From the human T2T-CHM13v2.0 reference genome, Homo sapiens, in NCBI RefSeq assembly GCF_009914755.1, contig NC_060926.1: a stretch of 64,000 nt of DNA. One strand, given 5' to 3'. Both the position numbers and the translations under genes were made by a program. A model generated the notes under the pieces. It was given only the letters and a program-made list of their open reading frames with translations. It was not told the origin of the DNA and did no database searches. Positions within the stretch are counted from its first letter, which is position 1; each line of letters starts with the position of its first letter. Positions 43,841-62,684 of the stretch are shown here, piece after piece.

Positions 43841-45613
43841 GTTTTCCATTTTCCATTAGACAAACAGCAATGTCTGCTGTTGCTGAAACATTGCCAGAAT
43901 TCTACAGAATGTGCGTCTGTCCTTGGTATTGTCTCGCAAGACTTGGCAAGTTATTCTAATAATTTTGTGGTATGTGGTCATAGCCATTTCCTGTCTTCAT
44001 TGAAGATGGAATTTTTTTTTCCCTTTTCCTTCTCTCTGTTCAAGAGGCAATAGTGAGAAGACACAACTTCATTCTGCTGTCTATCAAACTAGAGATCAAT
44101 GGAAGGGATATTGTCCTCAAAATCATTAACTGGAAAAGCAGTGGAGGAAAACTTTAACAATGCACTAGAGGAAACAACACAAACAGAATAGTTCTTGGAA
44201 AATTAGGAATGCTTCCTTTATTAGAGATTGACCATTTATCTTCTTTACATCTTAGAGACATAAAATTTCACAAGAGTAAGGAGAGATGGAAGTGGGTCAA
44301 ATGATTTCCTACATCTTTTTTTCCTTATCAAATACAGTGCTCAAAAAATTTAAGCATTCCCTTTATTGCTTTCTTTCAGTCTTTTCGAGAAAGTGGGAAT
44401 CAGTTCAAGTAGCCGTGAGGATCAGACATGGAATAATTTATTTGGTGATGGGAGGGTACAAAGACAGATTTTGCCTACAACCCATAATTGGTCTTCTGTA
44501 GGGACACTCAGGTAAGTATCTCAGCAAAAGGAAGACATATAGTTTTTATAGACTTTCTGGGCCAGATGGTTGCTGATGAAAACTCACAAGCTTCTCATAG
44601 ACTACTCCCATTAAACTTCACCCAGAGGAAATCCCACCAGGCCTTAAGCAAAGGGACGAGTCCCTTCTAAATAGATTAGAGGACATATATCCAAAAAGTA
44701 GGCTTTCCTGGAATGTCAGTGAGACAGAACCATTAACTCACCTGGAAAAGGGGATGAAGCCAGGGAGCTGAGTGCTCTTGCACAGCGGATCCAACCCCCA
44801 TGGAGCCCAATAAGCTAAGATCCACTGGTTTGAAATTCTTGCTGCCAGCACAGCAGTCTGAAGTCAACCTGGGACTCTCGAGCTTGGTTGGGGAAGGGGT
44901 GTCCACCATTGCTGAGGCTTGAGTACGGGGTTTTCCCCTCACAGTGTAAACAAAGTGCCTGGGAAGCTCGAACTGGGCGGAGCCCGCCACAGCGCTCAAA
45001 GCCCTGGTAGCCAGACTACCTCTCTAGATTCCTCCTCTCTGGGCAGGGCATCTCTGAAAGAAAGGCAGCAGCCCCAGTCAAGGGCTTACCGATAAAACTC
45101 CCATCTCCCTGGAACAGAGCACCTGGGGAAGGGGTGGCTGTGGGCAGCTTCAGCAGACTTAAATGTTCATGCCTGCCAGCTCTGGAGAAAGCAGCTGATC
45201 TTCAAGCACAGCACTCAAGCTCTGCTAAGGGACAGACTGCCTCCTCAAATGGGTCCCAGACCCCCATGCCTCCTGATGGGGAGATGCTTCCCAGCAGGGG
45301 ACAAGAGACACTACATACAGGAGAGCTCTGGCCGGCATCTGGCGGGTCCCCCTCTGCGATGAAGCTTTCAGCGGAAGAAGCGGGCAGCAATCTTTGCTGT
45401 TCTGCAGCCTCCGCTGGTGATAACCAGGCAAACAGGGTCTGGAATGGACCTCTAGCAAACTCCCACAGACCTGCAGCAGAGGGTCCTGACTGCTAGAAGG
45501 AAAAGCAATAAATAGAAAGCAATAGCAATCAATATCAACAAAAAGTACCCCCATGCAAAAACCCATCTGAAGGTTACCAACATCAAACACCAAAGGTAGA
45601 TAAATCCAGAAAG

Positions 45614-46636
45614 ATGAGGATAAACCAATGTAAAAAGGCTAAAAATTCCAAAAACGAGAATGCCTCTTCTCGAAAGGATCACAACTCCTTGCCAGCAAGA
45701 GAACAAAACTGGATGGAGAATGAGTTTGACGAATTGACAAAATTAGGCTTCAGAAGGTGGGTAATAACAAACTCCTCTAAGCTAAAGGAGCATGTTCAAA
45801 CCCAATGCAAGGAAGCTAAGAACCATGATAAAAGGTTAGAGGAATTGCTAACTAGAATAACCAGTTTAGAGAAGAAGATAAATGGCCTGATGAAGCTGAA
45901 AAACACAGCATGAGAACTTGGTGAAGCATAGGCAAGTATCAATAGCTGAGTCGATCAAGCCAAAGAAAGGATATCAGAGATTGAAGATCAACTTAATGAA
46001 ATAAAGTGTGAAGACAAGATTAGAGAAAAAAGAATGAAAAGGAATGAACAAAGCCTTCAAGAAATATGGGACTATGTGAAAAGACCAAACCTATGTTTGA
46101 TTGGTGTACCTGAAAATGACGGAGAGAATGGAACCAAGGTGGAAAACATTCTTCAGGATATTATCCAGGAGAACTTCCCAACCTAGCAAATCAGGCCAAC
46201 ATTCAAATTGAGGAAATACGGAGAACACCACAAAGATACTGCTCGAGAAGAGCAACCCCAAGACACATAATCATCAGATTCACCAAGGTTGAAATGAAGG
46301 AAAAAAATGTTAATGGCAGCCAGAGAGAAAGGTCAGGTCATCCACAAAGGGAAGCCCATCAGACTAACAGTGGATATCTCGGCAGAAACCCTACAAGCCA
46401 GAAGAGAGTGGGGGCCAATATTCAACATTCTTAAAGAAAAGAATTCTCAACCCAGAATTTCATATCTAGCCAAACTAAGCTTCATAAGTGAAGGAAAAAT
46501 AAAATCCTTTACAGACAAGCAAATGCTGAAGCATTTTGTCACAGCCAGGCCTGCCTTACAAGAGTTCCTAAAGGAAGCACTAGATATGGGAAGGAAAACT
46601 GTTACCAGCTACTGCAAAAAAAATACCAAAATGTAA
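45614..46636 (+). pseudogene. L1 ORF1p relic (stops, frameshifts)
   Basis: ORF pieces ...EQNWMENEFDEL... and ...KGKPIRLTVDISAETLQARREWGPIFNILKEK... Confidence 0.9.
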
Positions 46637-46699
46637 AGACCATCAACACTATAAAGAAACTGCATCAGCTAACAGGCAAAATAACCAGCTAGCATCATA

Positions 46700-50793
<4,094 letters not shown>

Positions 50794-53089
50794 ACAAGGA
50801 GAACACATGGGCACAGGGAGGGAAACATCACACACTGGGGCCTGTCAGGGGTTGGGGGGCAAGAGGAGGGATAGCATTAGGAGAAATACCCAATGTAGAT
50901 GACGGGTTGATGGGTGCAGCAAACCACCATGGCACACGTATACCTATGTGGTAAACCTGCACGTTCTGCACATGTGTTCCAGAACTTAAAGTATAATTTT
51001 AAAAAATTGAAAAAGAAAAGAAAGGCTTTCTAAACAAAGGAGATCCAAGTAGGGTTATTTCATTTCCTTCAGAGCAAACAAAGCAGATATTTTATAAGAA
51101 AGTATTCAGTGACCCTTGCCCAAGTTTCTTCAGAACATTGATAATAATCTCAGTGTACTCCTTTCCTGTAAGAAGGATAGATCACTACATGGCTTAAGGC
51201 ATGTATAAAGAGGTATTTCCTGACATCTTCTACAGAAACACATTGAGAGGGCACCAAGATACTATAGCAAGGGAAATTAGGAGCTGGGAGTGTGATAGAA
51301 CTCATCATAATATCCATCACTTTAACTTCTTTACTACCCTCAATTTTATGAGGCAAGACTCAGAGACTTTCATGCTAAACATACATACTTAAGCAAAATT
51401 AAGGCCAAGTCTCTTAAAACAGATGAATCTTCACCACTTCTCCATATAATTCTGCCAGGATGAATTGAAACTGATTGTGTATAGGAGCCATTCTTGAGAT
51501 GGAGGCAGCAGCTGTGACGTGAGAGAATGACTCTAAGAACTCTTTGGGTGGTAATTTTAGTCAGATTCCTCAAACCAATCCTCTCCATGGTAGCACAATC
51601 AGCAGAGGCCCAGAAGCATCAGGTACTTAACTACTTAGAGTACATGGATCTATTGATTACTATGATCAAAACTTGGATCAAAAGGAATCTCAGGACTGCT
51701 CTGATGTTATGATTGTAGTCCTGGAGTGCTACATAAAAGCTAGCCAATGCCATATCTGAAGAAACGTAGAACAACTCTGACTTGTGCAGAATGCTTAGGG
51801 AGTAAGACCTATTAGTTACTTAAACTATCTGGTGGTTCCACAAATATAGTCTGTGGATAATCACTTTTTGGAGGGACTAAATGTAATAATTAACATTACA
51901 GAAGCATAATAAATTTGCTTTTCTCTCTTTTTGATTATTCAGGAGGCACTTTTGATCTTAGATTTTTTTCTATGTTCAATAACCTCTATCTTATATTTCT
52001 ATAGAAGAAAAATATGGCTTTTTCAATGTTTTAGGGGCACTTTTTGCATTAGATAAGGCCTTAAAGAGGGAAATGGGACACATTAACTACTATGATTTAT
52101 TTATTTTGAGCCTCCTTCATCATTCCAGTCCCTAAAGACTAATCAACAGAAACCTCTTGATTGTAACATCTGCCAACATACTTTCTACAGCTTCTTTGAA
52201 GAACTGAGACAATTATGCTAAAATCATGTTTAAAATCATATTCGCTTTAAAGAGAAAATGAAGTGTGGTTTAAAATTTTGAAACATCTAGATACTTATCA
52301 CATATTTTGCCCTGAATTTTCATGGACAAAGCTAAAGGAATTATATAAAAGCTTCAAAAAGTAAAAGATGAGATTTACCTGTTTCTATGATGCCTGTCTC
52401 CATGGTTCCCGGTTAAAAGGACACATGCATGACCCAGAAGGTCTTTCACCTCTTATTTTTGCCAGTGGTGGTAAATAAGCTTTATACAGTTTAAATCAGA
52501 CATCTTGTTTGAATCTTACATTTTCAAAACAATTATTTCTTCATACTGTGCTCCTTGAGAAATAGGAACATTATTCTATTCATGACATATGCTTATTTCT
52601 ACACCACTGATTCACAATGGCCCATCTCATTTCTTCTCCTGCCCACCATAATGTGTCTAAATTACATCAAAGAGAGTATATAATAGTGATTATAAATCAA
52701 CATATAATAGTGATAGAAATATCATCCCTTTAAAGAATAGCACTCATTTAAGAGTTCTTATTTTACCACCGATTAATTTTTTTGCCATTAAATCAAAAAC
52801 CCATCTTTCACTTCAACTGTACATATGTGTTTTGAGCCATGGTTAGTCATATGTGTGAAAGTAAACATTGAACAGTGAAAATTCAAGGAGACAACACATT
52901 AACATTAAAAAAAATTTCAGTAGAATGAATCAAAAGAAAATGTTAGTAATAACAATAACAGTACCCTTACTACAGAAGATTGACCAATTAATTTTATTTA
53001 AAGCTAGAATCAGGAGAAATCCTAGTTCTACTCTGTTATTATAATAGTCCTGAAGTAAAATAAAAGTAAAAGTAAAATAAAAGTTTGCA

Positions 53090-53792
<703 letters not shown>

Positions 53793-54173
53793 TGAAGTAT
53801 ATTTCTTATGGTATTTTTGGTCACTTCCCCCTTCCCCTGACAATAGTAATTCTAGGCCCCACCCATATTTTCAGCCATTGATTTCCCCCAATTTGTTCTT
53901 GCTTCTTATGCTTAGTTCTTCACATCCCAACAAAGTTCATCTCAGAGAAATCAAACTACCGCAAATAATTGTCTTCTGGACAGAGCCTATGAGACACATT
54001 GTGGTCAATCAAAAGAAAAATAAATTTTTAAATTTTTGATTCTATTTTCAGGGAAATTGGGGCTTGTAATACTTGAAAAAAAAAGGTCATTTTTTTTTTC
54101 TTATCTGAAAATCATGCAGGGCTCTTTGTAATCTTAATGAGGTGAATGATCAGCTAAGAAAAGTCCCGCAGGT

Positions 54174-54303
54174 GGGTGAACATGCAATTTATTGTCTTAA
54201 GTAGTACACTTCGTGTGTAATAGGCTGTCCTATTAACATTTATGCTGGAACAACAGACATAAAATGGGACTCTGCTGGACAAGCTGAGACATTAGATTAT
54301 CTG
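54174..54303. mobile_element. MER94 (hAT-Blackjack) MITE
   Basis: gggtgaacatgcaatttattgtc...tattaacatttatgctggaacaacagacataaaatgggact resembles the recalled MER94 consensus with CpG decay. Confidence 0.65.
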
Positions 54304-54489
54304 GACTTTGGAGGTTGAAGAGAGGCAGGAAGAAGGTTGAAGTAGGGGAAAACATATGACTTTCTCCTGATGTTGGAGACGTTTCCATCTATATTAGATA
54401 TGCTTGCATTGGCTTTCAGATTTGTTAATTACCAAGGTTCATAATTTCTAAATGTATTTATTATTGTTGCTATTATCATTTCATTGATA

Positions 54490-54710
54490 GAGAAATTACT
54501 ATAGGACTGGCAGTGTGCTGAGGACTTAATTTGTATTGTTTTCATTTATACCTCACAACAATCTCATTAGGTAGGTACTATGATTATAGTTATTTTGGAA
54601 ATGAAACGTAAAAGAAAAGTGATTTGGCCAGGGTCACACAGCTTGTAAATGGCAGAACCAAGACTTGCATACTAACACCCTTGATTGTAAATACAAAACC
54701 CACTGTATTA
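54490..54710 (-). mobile_element. MIR
   Basis: cctcacaacaatctcattaggtaggtact, agtgatttggccagggtcacacagct. Confidence 0.7.
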
Positions 54711-55081
54711 TATGCATCTCAAAGTATTTGGCCCTAGAATACTTTTAAAAATATAACATATTGATTTTCTCCACCAAGAGCTTCTGATATACAATTTGCC
54801 TTAAATTAAAGTATACTCCAACTATTGTCTCATAGATAAATTTATTACTATAAGAGAAAATATTTGGAGTTTATATGACTAAAATAGTAAAATATTGACC
54901 AAAATTGCAAACACACATTCAAATAAAAAGACAGGCTACATGACTTGTGATGATTCACAGACAACATGCTCTGGAGTGATTGGCCCCAAAATGCTGATTT
55001 GCATTACATGTACTCCTTTCTTAAAGTCAAACTATTCTATAAAGTTAAGAATTATATATAGGTGGTTATATATATAATACC

Positions 55082-55420
55082 TAGTATGGTCTAAATGTTT
55101 GTGTCTCCCAGAAGTTCGTACGCTAGAATCTAACCCCCAATGTCTTGGTATTAGGAAGTGGGGCATTTGAGAAGTAAATAGGTCATGAGAGTGGAATCCT
55201 TGTAAATGGGATTAGTGCCCTTATCAAAGAAGCCCAAGGGAACTGCCTGCCCTTCCATGATGTGAGGACACAGCAAGAAGGCACCATCTTGAAGCACAGA
55301 GAGCAAACCCTCACCAGACACTGAATCTGCTGGTGCCTCAACTGTGAGCAATAAACTTCTGTTGTTTATAAATTACCCAGTCTAGGGTAATTTGCAATAG
55401 CAACAGAAACAGACTTATAT
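55082..55420 (+). mobile_element. MLT1A/MSTD-type MaLR LTR
   Basis: atgggattagtgcccttat, tgtgaggacacagcaagaaggcaccatct, ccctcaccagacactgaatctgctggtgcc, ataaattacccagtct. Confidence 0.85.
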
Positions 55421-55424
55421 GGTG

Positions 55425-55650
55425 CTCCCTATGTATGAGTCACTGTTCTAAGTCCTATACTTAAATTAATTTCATCTATCCGCACAGCCAACCTGAGATT
55501 AAAAAAAAAAAACTATCATAGTCCTCATTTTGTAGATGAGGAAGCTCATGCACAGAGATGTGAAATAACCCACCAAAGCTAGTGAGTAAGAGAGCCAAGA
55601 TTCAGATGCAGGCCATCTGGGTCCAAATCAGTGCTGGAAATGACTATTTC
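55425..55650 (-). mobile_element. MIR
   Basis: ctcattttgtagatgaggaagctcatgcacagagatgtgaaataac. Confidence 0.7.
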
Positions 55651-56174
55651 ACATGGGCTTGTGAACAGTATTTTTCATGTGCTTGTTCTGTGTGTATATC
55701 AGCAGACATCATAGATATGAGATACTTGTTAAAAATCTTCTAAAATACATTTTTGTTCCATTTTATTTGGTTTCCAAGATACCTATGAACATTTCTTAAA
55801 ATATGTGGAACTTAAAAGTGGGTATCATATGTGAGGGGCATGAAGATGAGTAGAGCTTTTCCCAGTGATACATAAGATGAGACCAAGAATGAGAGTCTGA
55901 ACTTCATATGTAAGCAAATAAAAGATTTTTTAGAATTCAAATGCATAAACAAGCATGTGATTCCCTCTAGTCCTATAATACACATTGTGCCACTGCCAAG
56001 TGAGTTTTCAATCTGAGTTTTTGCTTTGTTGTTCTTGTTTCTAGTGGTATTCTTCCTTGTGTTTTATGTGATTGGCTTTGGTTGCCTTGATTACATTACT
56101 TGGATCCTTACTTAAAGTGCGATTTGTGGAGCAGCAGCAGCAGTAACATTTCCTGAGTGCTTATTAGAAATGCA

Positions 56175-56477
56175 GCCGGGCCTCTGGTTCACAGCTGTAA
56201 TCACAGCACTTTGGGAGGCTGAGGTGGGTGGATCACTTGAGGCCAGGAGTTTGAGACCAGCCTGGCCAACATGGCAAAACCCAGTCTAATAAAAATACAA
56301 AAATTAGCTGTGCATGGTGATGCATGCCTGTAGTCATGCTTGTGGTCCCAGCTACATAGGAGGCTGAGGCAGGAGACTCGCTTGAACCCAGAAGGCAGAG
56401 GTTTCAGTGAACCGAGATTTCATCACTGTACTCCAGCCTGGGTGACAGAGTGAGACTCTGAAAAAAAAAAAAAAAAA
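56175..56477 (+). mobile_element. AluSx/Sz-type
   Basis: Full dimer and A tail; internal 12-bp duplication catgcctgtagt/catgcttgtggt. Confidence 0.9.
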
Positions 56478-56478
56478 C

Positions 56479-56672
56479 AGGAAGGAAGGAAGGAGGAAGG
56501 AAGGAAGAGAGAGAGAGGGAGGGAGGGAGGAAGGAAGGAAGAGAGAGAGAGGGAGGGAGGGAGGAAGGAAGGAAGGGAGGAAGGGAGGAAGGAAGGAAGG
56601 AGAAAGAAGAAAGAGAGAGGAAGGAAGGAAGGAAGGAGGGAGGGAGGGAGGGAGCGAGGGAAGGAAGGAGAA
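56479..56672. repeat. Polypurine (GGAA/GGGA/GA)n tract
   Basis: About 190 bp, almost purely purine. Confidence 0.95.
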
Positions 56673-57038
56673 CCACAGGTCCCACCCCACAGCTCCTACT
56701 GACTTGGAATCTGCACTCTGACAAGATCCTCAATGATTCTTAAGCACATTAATGTGTGAGCCCTGTTGTACAAAACCATGCTAAAATCCTTCACTAAGGA
56801 GAAACTGTCTCATTTTAATATTTTTTGAACTATTATAATCAAATAGAGGAAAGGTCAAACCAAGTCATCTCTCTGTAGTGGGGGCAGGAAGGATGGCTAG
56901 ATAAGGAGGAATAAACAGTGCTCTGTTTCTTGCCTGCTCTTCCACCAAAGAGGAAGATTTCCCCTACTGCCACCCACACACACAGTCAACTCATCATACA
57001 CGTACACAACCACGTAGAGTTGTGCAATCCATAATGTT

Positions 57039-57468
57039 TGTCATGCAGGGCAAGTTCTTCACTCAGGAGAGAATTCAAGAGTGAGCCAGTGGCTGAAGAA
57101 AGCAGCTTTTTTAAGGCATGGGCAGTGTTACAGCTCTGTGACTGCTTCTGCAGAGCAGGGTTACCTCATAGGCAGTGCACTGAGAGGAGCAGCATTACGG
57201 CATTTGCAGTCATAAACCCACTTTAAATGACATTCTAATGAAGGGATGGGTTATTCAGAAATAGCTAGAAAATGAGAGGTGGCTTCCAGGTGTTGCCATG
57301 GCAAGGGGCATTAACTTTCATGCATTGCCATGGCACTGGTAAACTGTCATGGCACTGGTGGTAGTGTCTTAGGGGGATGGGCAGCAAGAAGTGCTTTGGG
57401 CCCCTCTTCCAAGTTTTGGCCAGTCTTCACTCTGGTCCTGAGACTAGTCCTGCCTGCCTCCTACCTCA
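57039..57468 (-). mobile_element. ERV1 solo LTR, MER66-like
   Basis: Reverse complement begins TGAGGTAGGAGGCAGGCAGGACT; gaattcaagagtgagcc and gtaaactgtcatggc motifs. Confidence 0.7.
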
Positions 57469-57759
57469 TTTGTATCCAGAACAGTGCAATAGAGGACATT
57501 AAATCTCAGAACAGGAGCCTGTAATTCTGTGTTAGTAAAAGGGAGTTCTGTTTGTTTATTTACCCAATTAACCTGTAGTAAGAAACTTGTGGGCAACAAA
57601 CCTTTATCCTGCACCTACGATCTGTAAAGTGTGGAAAGAATATGTAACTGATGGAGTTGTTGTGAAGATTAAATTGGATATTTGTTAACTGTATAGCCCA
57701 GTGTCTGAAAAAGTAGGTCACATGTCCCAAAGGATTCAAAACAGGAAAGTGTAGTAGGG

Positions 57760-57975
57760 TATAAAGTTATTGAGTGTCTACTATATGCTTCATATATGCA
57801 GTCTCCTTAAATCCTCATAATTAGTTGATGAAGCCTTTATGTCCACTTAACAGATTAGGAAACTGAGGCACTGAAAGGTAAATATAATTGCCCACAGTCT
57901 CACAGTAAGTTGAGGTGTCCAGTTTCAACTTTGGTTGGCTGTCTGTCTTCTACCCAGTGCTCTAGCTATTACCCA
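57760..57975 (-). mobile_element. MIR
   Basis: ttaacagattaggaaactgaggcactgaaaggtaaatataattgccc. Confidence 0.7.
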
Positions 57976-58008
57976 AAACTAGAGGGGTACAAGAAAGTAG
58001 GCAACAGG

Positions 58009-58418
<410 letters not shown>

Positions 58419-59003
58419 TTACTATAGACAGAATCTTCTACTTAAATGAACAGAAAATAAGTAAAAGGCCATGTTTTTGCCATGAGGGAGTTTACAGTTT
58501 ATCTCAGCAGAAAAGATAAATCCAAACATAAAAGCAAAGAAGAATTAGACTTGAGCCAGGTCCTTGACTATTAGCACAGAGAGATTCAGAAAACAGGTCA
58601 TCTGAGTTGTTGTGTTCATCTGAGAACTCTTTGAAATGAAGTGGACATTGAGATAAGATCTAGAAAGATTTCTTACTCAGGTGTAAGCATCATTGAGTTG
58701 ATATTGAGTTAATATCCTAGAACTTTATTCGCATACTCTTGAGAGGCTTGTTTATTTGTGCTTCCAAGTAAGCATACATTTGGACAAGGATTTCATGGCT
58801 AAAATATTTTGAAATAAATATTTTAATTTCGTTTTTAATAAAGGTAGGCTGCTAAGGTAATAGATGGGGGTGAGGTGGTGTTTGTAGCAGGTGGAGAGAA
58901 AATGGGGTGCTGAAACGGTGTAGAGAAGATGCCATAGGGAAACCTAATTCCCTTCAAAATGTGACCTAGGACTGGCCATGATCAGCATTAAGAATGTGGG
59001 TCA

Positions 59004-59415
<412 letters not shown>

Positions 59416-62400
59416 AGAAAATTGTTTGGGCAAGAGTGTTGGATCCTTTTAGCTAAATTCAAACTGTGTCCCAGCTGACTTGTCTTCTGCCATCAGGTCC
59501 TTTGTTGTGTTGGCAGCCTCACATTGAGCATGTCTGAAATGTCACCAGAGCAGTTCCTTCTGCTGAGTCTTGAGGACAATTAGCCATTGTCATTACCTAT
59601 AGGTGTTAGTGGTACATTCAGAAGATTTCACATTGCCTGGATGCCTGAAGAACATGTACCTGGAGGAATTCCTAGTATGGTTGCACTTAGCCCCATTTGG
59701 GGACCATTAGAACTTAGAATCTTTAAAGTGTCACTCCTGAAAAGGAAAAAAATAAGCATAGACAAGGGATTTCAGAGAAAAGCTACTGAAAGAGCACTGA
59801 GGTTGATTGAAATGGTGGTCCACCTGCTTGTGATGCAAGGAAGTATCTTAACTCTATTCATGCAACAAATCTTTATCTTGTACCTACTATGTGCAAAGTG
59901 TGGAAAGAATATCTGATAGGATTGTTGTGAAGATTAAATTGGATAATATTCGTTAACTGCATAGCCCAGTGTTTGAAACAGTAGTTGCTCAGCAAATGGT
60001 GACTGAGATTAGTGGCAATAATCAAAGGCACACTTCCATATTTTCATTACTAAGCACAATCCATATTTAAATTGAAATAATTGTAGAATACCTACATGCA
60101 AAGATGTAGTCTGCACAATTCCCATTTCTAACAGAAAGGACAGGTCAAGTCTCCTTTTCCAGACTTGTAAGAACCAATTTAAACTTTTCAGTATACTGGA
60201 ATTTTGATGAATTAAATATTGTTCCAATAATAATAATAATGTATTTTTATATAGCTTAAAAAAACATTTTCACATTCATTAACTCAATGAATTATTGCCA
60301 GTAGGCTTGGAAATCTCCCTGTTTCATAGAGATTTTGGTATGTAAAATTTTTCTTAAATGAATTTGGGCTGGATCAGAAAGTGAGGTAAAACAATTAAAA
60401 TATCCAATTTGGGAGAATTCTTGGTAGGTTTCCAGCATGTCGTTCATTTTTGTAATCAAGCTGTTATATGATCTTTTTTTTTCATTATGCATGAGCAAAT
60501 AGACTCCACTACAGTCAATTTGAAGCAATTATTATCTCTGGCACGATATAATCAAAAGGCTACTGCTATTTGTTGAAGGATTCTTTGTTTGCCAAGATTA
60601 TTAATCAAGTTATGCCAGGAGCACATACAGTGCTGCTTGGCACTCAGCAGCTGGCCCGAGCAACAGGAAAATAAATCAGAATTCTTGGTGCTTGTATTTT
60701 TTAATATTCCTGCCAGTGTGGGTATTGGAGAACATTTCACATTAAATAGCACTAATTGCCTTAATTGGCTTATGGCTAACAGGCCCACTGTACTGCTGGT
60801 GTGTAGTCAAAGTCATTGGGTTTACTGGGAGCACTTAGATTCTTACATTTTCAGTGGTTCAGGTGTGACACACAGAGCAAGACAGTTGCAGTGCATGTAT
60901 GACCCTGGTGTCTTATAGAATAGTGGGGTGTGGTGAAGGTAAGAAGCCCCCCCTGATTAGCCTGGGGTGGCAGCTCTTCACACAATCATTCATAGTAAAC
61001 AACTCTTTATAGAGAACACATGAAGGTTTATCAGCCAGTCTTGACTAACTCCCAGAACAATCCATGAGAAAGGAAGAGTTCTCACTTGCTTGGAGGGCAG
61101 CTGTATTTGCAACTGGTAGAACTCAGCTTTGCTTTTAGGTGTCTAACAATAAGTGTAATAACACTGGCGAAATTTAAATTGCCTTCCTATTTCATCATGT
61201 CCCAAATATGTAAATCTTGATCCTGTCTTCATTGCCATTGAGTGTTTTCATTTTATTTTTAGTGAGGTATGTCATCCCAAAGGGCAGCCTCGTGGCTGGG
61301 TGAAAATGTGCCCAAGACTGTTCAGCAGACTCAAGAGAGTACAGCCACCCCTGTCTCCGTTAGCTCCTTTGTCAGATTGCAAATGCTAGAAGTTCTGCAG
61401 AAAGGGCTTCACCCCTTTAAAATGCAAATGGACCTCACCCATGCACACGCAAAATGGCCATGTAAACTTTCATACATTCACATCTTAATATGCTTGAGTT
61501 TAAAATGCTGTAAAGGGACGTGAGGTAAACACTCTAAAGGAGCTCCTAACAAAAAGGGATAATGGACAGGTGTAAATAGGGAAGAGAGCTCAAGATGGGA
61601 ATCGTTCCCCAAAACCATTACACTCCACTGCTCTCAAGTAGTGAAAGTGTGCTTTATTTACTGATTAATGTAATTAAACCCAAAAAAGCAACTTCTTATT
61701 ATACCTACACATTTAAGGAATAATTTCACTGCTAAGTGGTATTGAAATCACATGTGGCTAAGGAGGAGCGAAAGTATTAGAATAACAAGGTTTGCCATTT
61801 GTAGTGGAAATTAAGCTGAAATTTCAATTCAGGAAGCATTAGAGTCACATCTTATCAAAAGGGGAAAACTCACCATTTTGGGCGTATTTGGTACGTAGAC
61901 AAAATTTTGAGCCTAAAAGTCATGACTGCGATATGCCAAGTGCTGTTTACACGCTCACTGGAGTAATCGATGCCACCTCGCTGTTTGAAGGACCTGGGGG
62001 TCTGGTTTTCCAGAGATGAGGAGGTGGGTTTCAGTCTCAGCCCTACCCCTGCGTGACCTTATCGGGGCCACTCTAGGGAGGGCTCAAGTCTTTTATTCTC
62101 TATCTGCCCTGGGAAGGGCCCCATAGCACACAAGAGTAGCTAGGTAGAGATCACTCAAATTTGGAGATTTTTACTAACATAAGAAAGGGTAGAAAGGAAA
62201 AATGAAGCCACAAAAAACCCTTAAGTGATAGAGCAGTTCAGTCTGTTTCTCCTTTTCTCTGATGTTATTACATCTGAAATTTATAATCACTTCTTATCCA
62301 TACTTGTGAGCAATTAAGAGCATCTGCCAAGAAAAGAAAGGAAAAACTGAAAGTGAGTAATGGAATTGATGGCAAAGCAGGGAGTTGTTCGTGTTTCTTA

Positions 62401-62684
62401 AGTTGTAGGTTTATTAGGAACACATTCTTAACGATTAAAAGCAGTGGTTATTTTCATCTTATGTTCAAGTTTTAACCTATTAAAAGTAAAACATAGGTAG
62501 ACCTATTTTTTTCTATCCCAGATGAAAGGCCTCCTCATTACAGTTTTCAATGCCAATCTGTTTGAAAACTAGCACAAAATAAATGCATTCTGAAGAAAAC
62601 TATTTCTAAAGTAATCCTATTACATTTCTACCTCTTTGGATGCTCTGGTAAGTAGAATATCCTTACAAAATGTAAATGTATTCC

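Larger units (their letters stand above)
56105..56765. mobile_element. MER5A split by Alu and GA-rich tract
   Basis: cagcagtaacatttcctgagtgcttattagaaatgcag ... caggtcccaccccacagctcctactga...tgacaagatcctcaatgattct. Confidence 0.7.

Noticed and set aside
61250-61272. Apparent 4-nt microexon (tttttag|tgag|gtatgt)
   Set aside because: No host gene evident and no other support.
61970-61985. CTCF-like motif tgccacctcgctg
   Set aside because: Mismatches at important core positions; a single weak hit.
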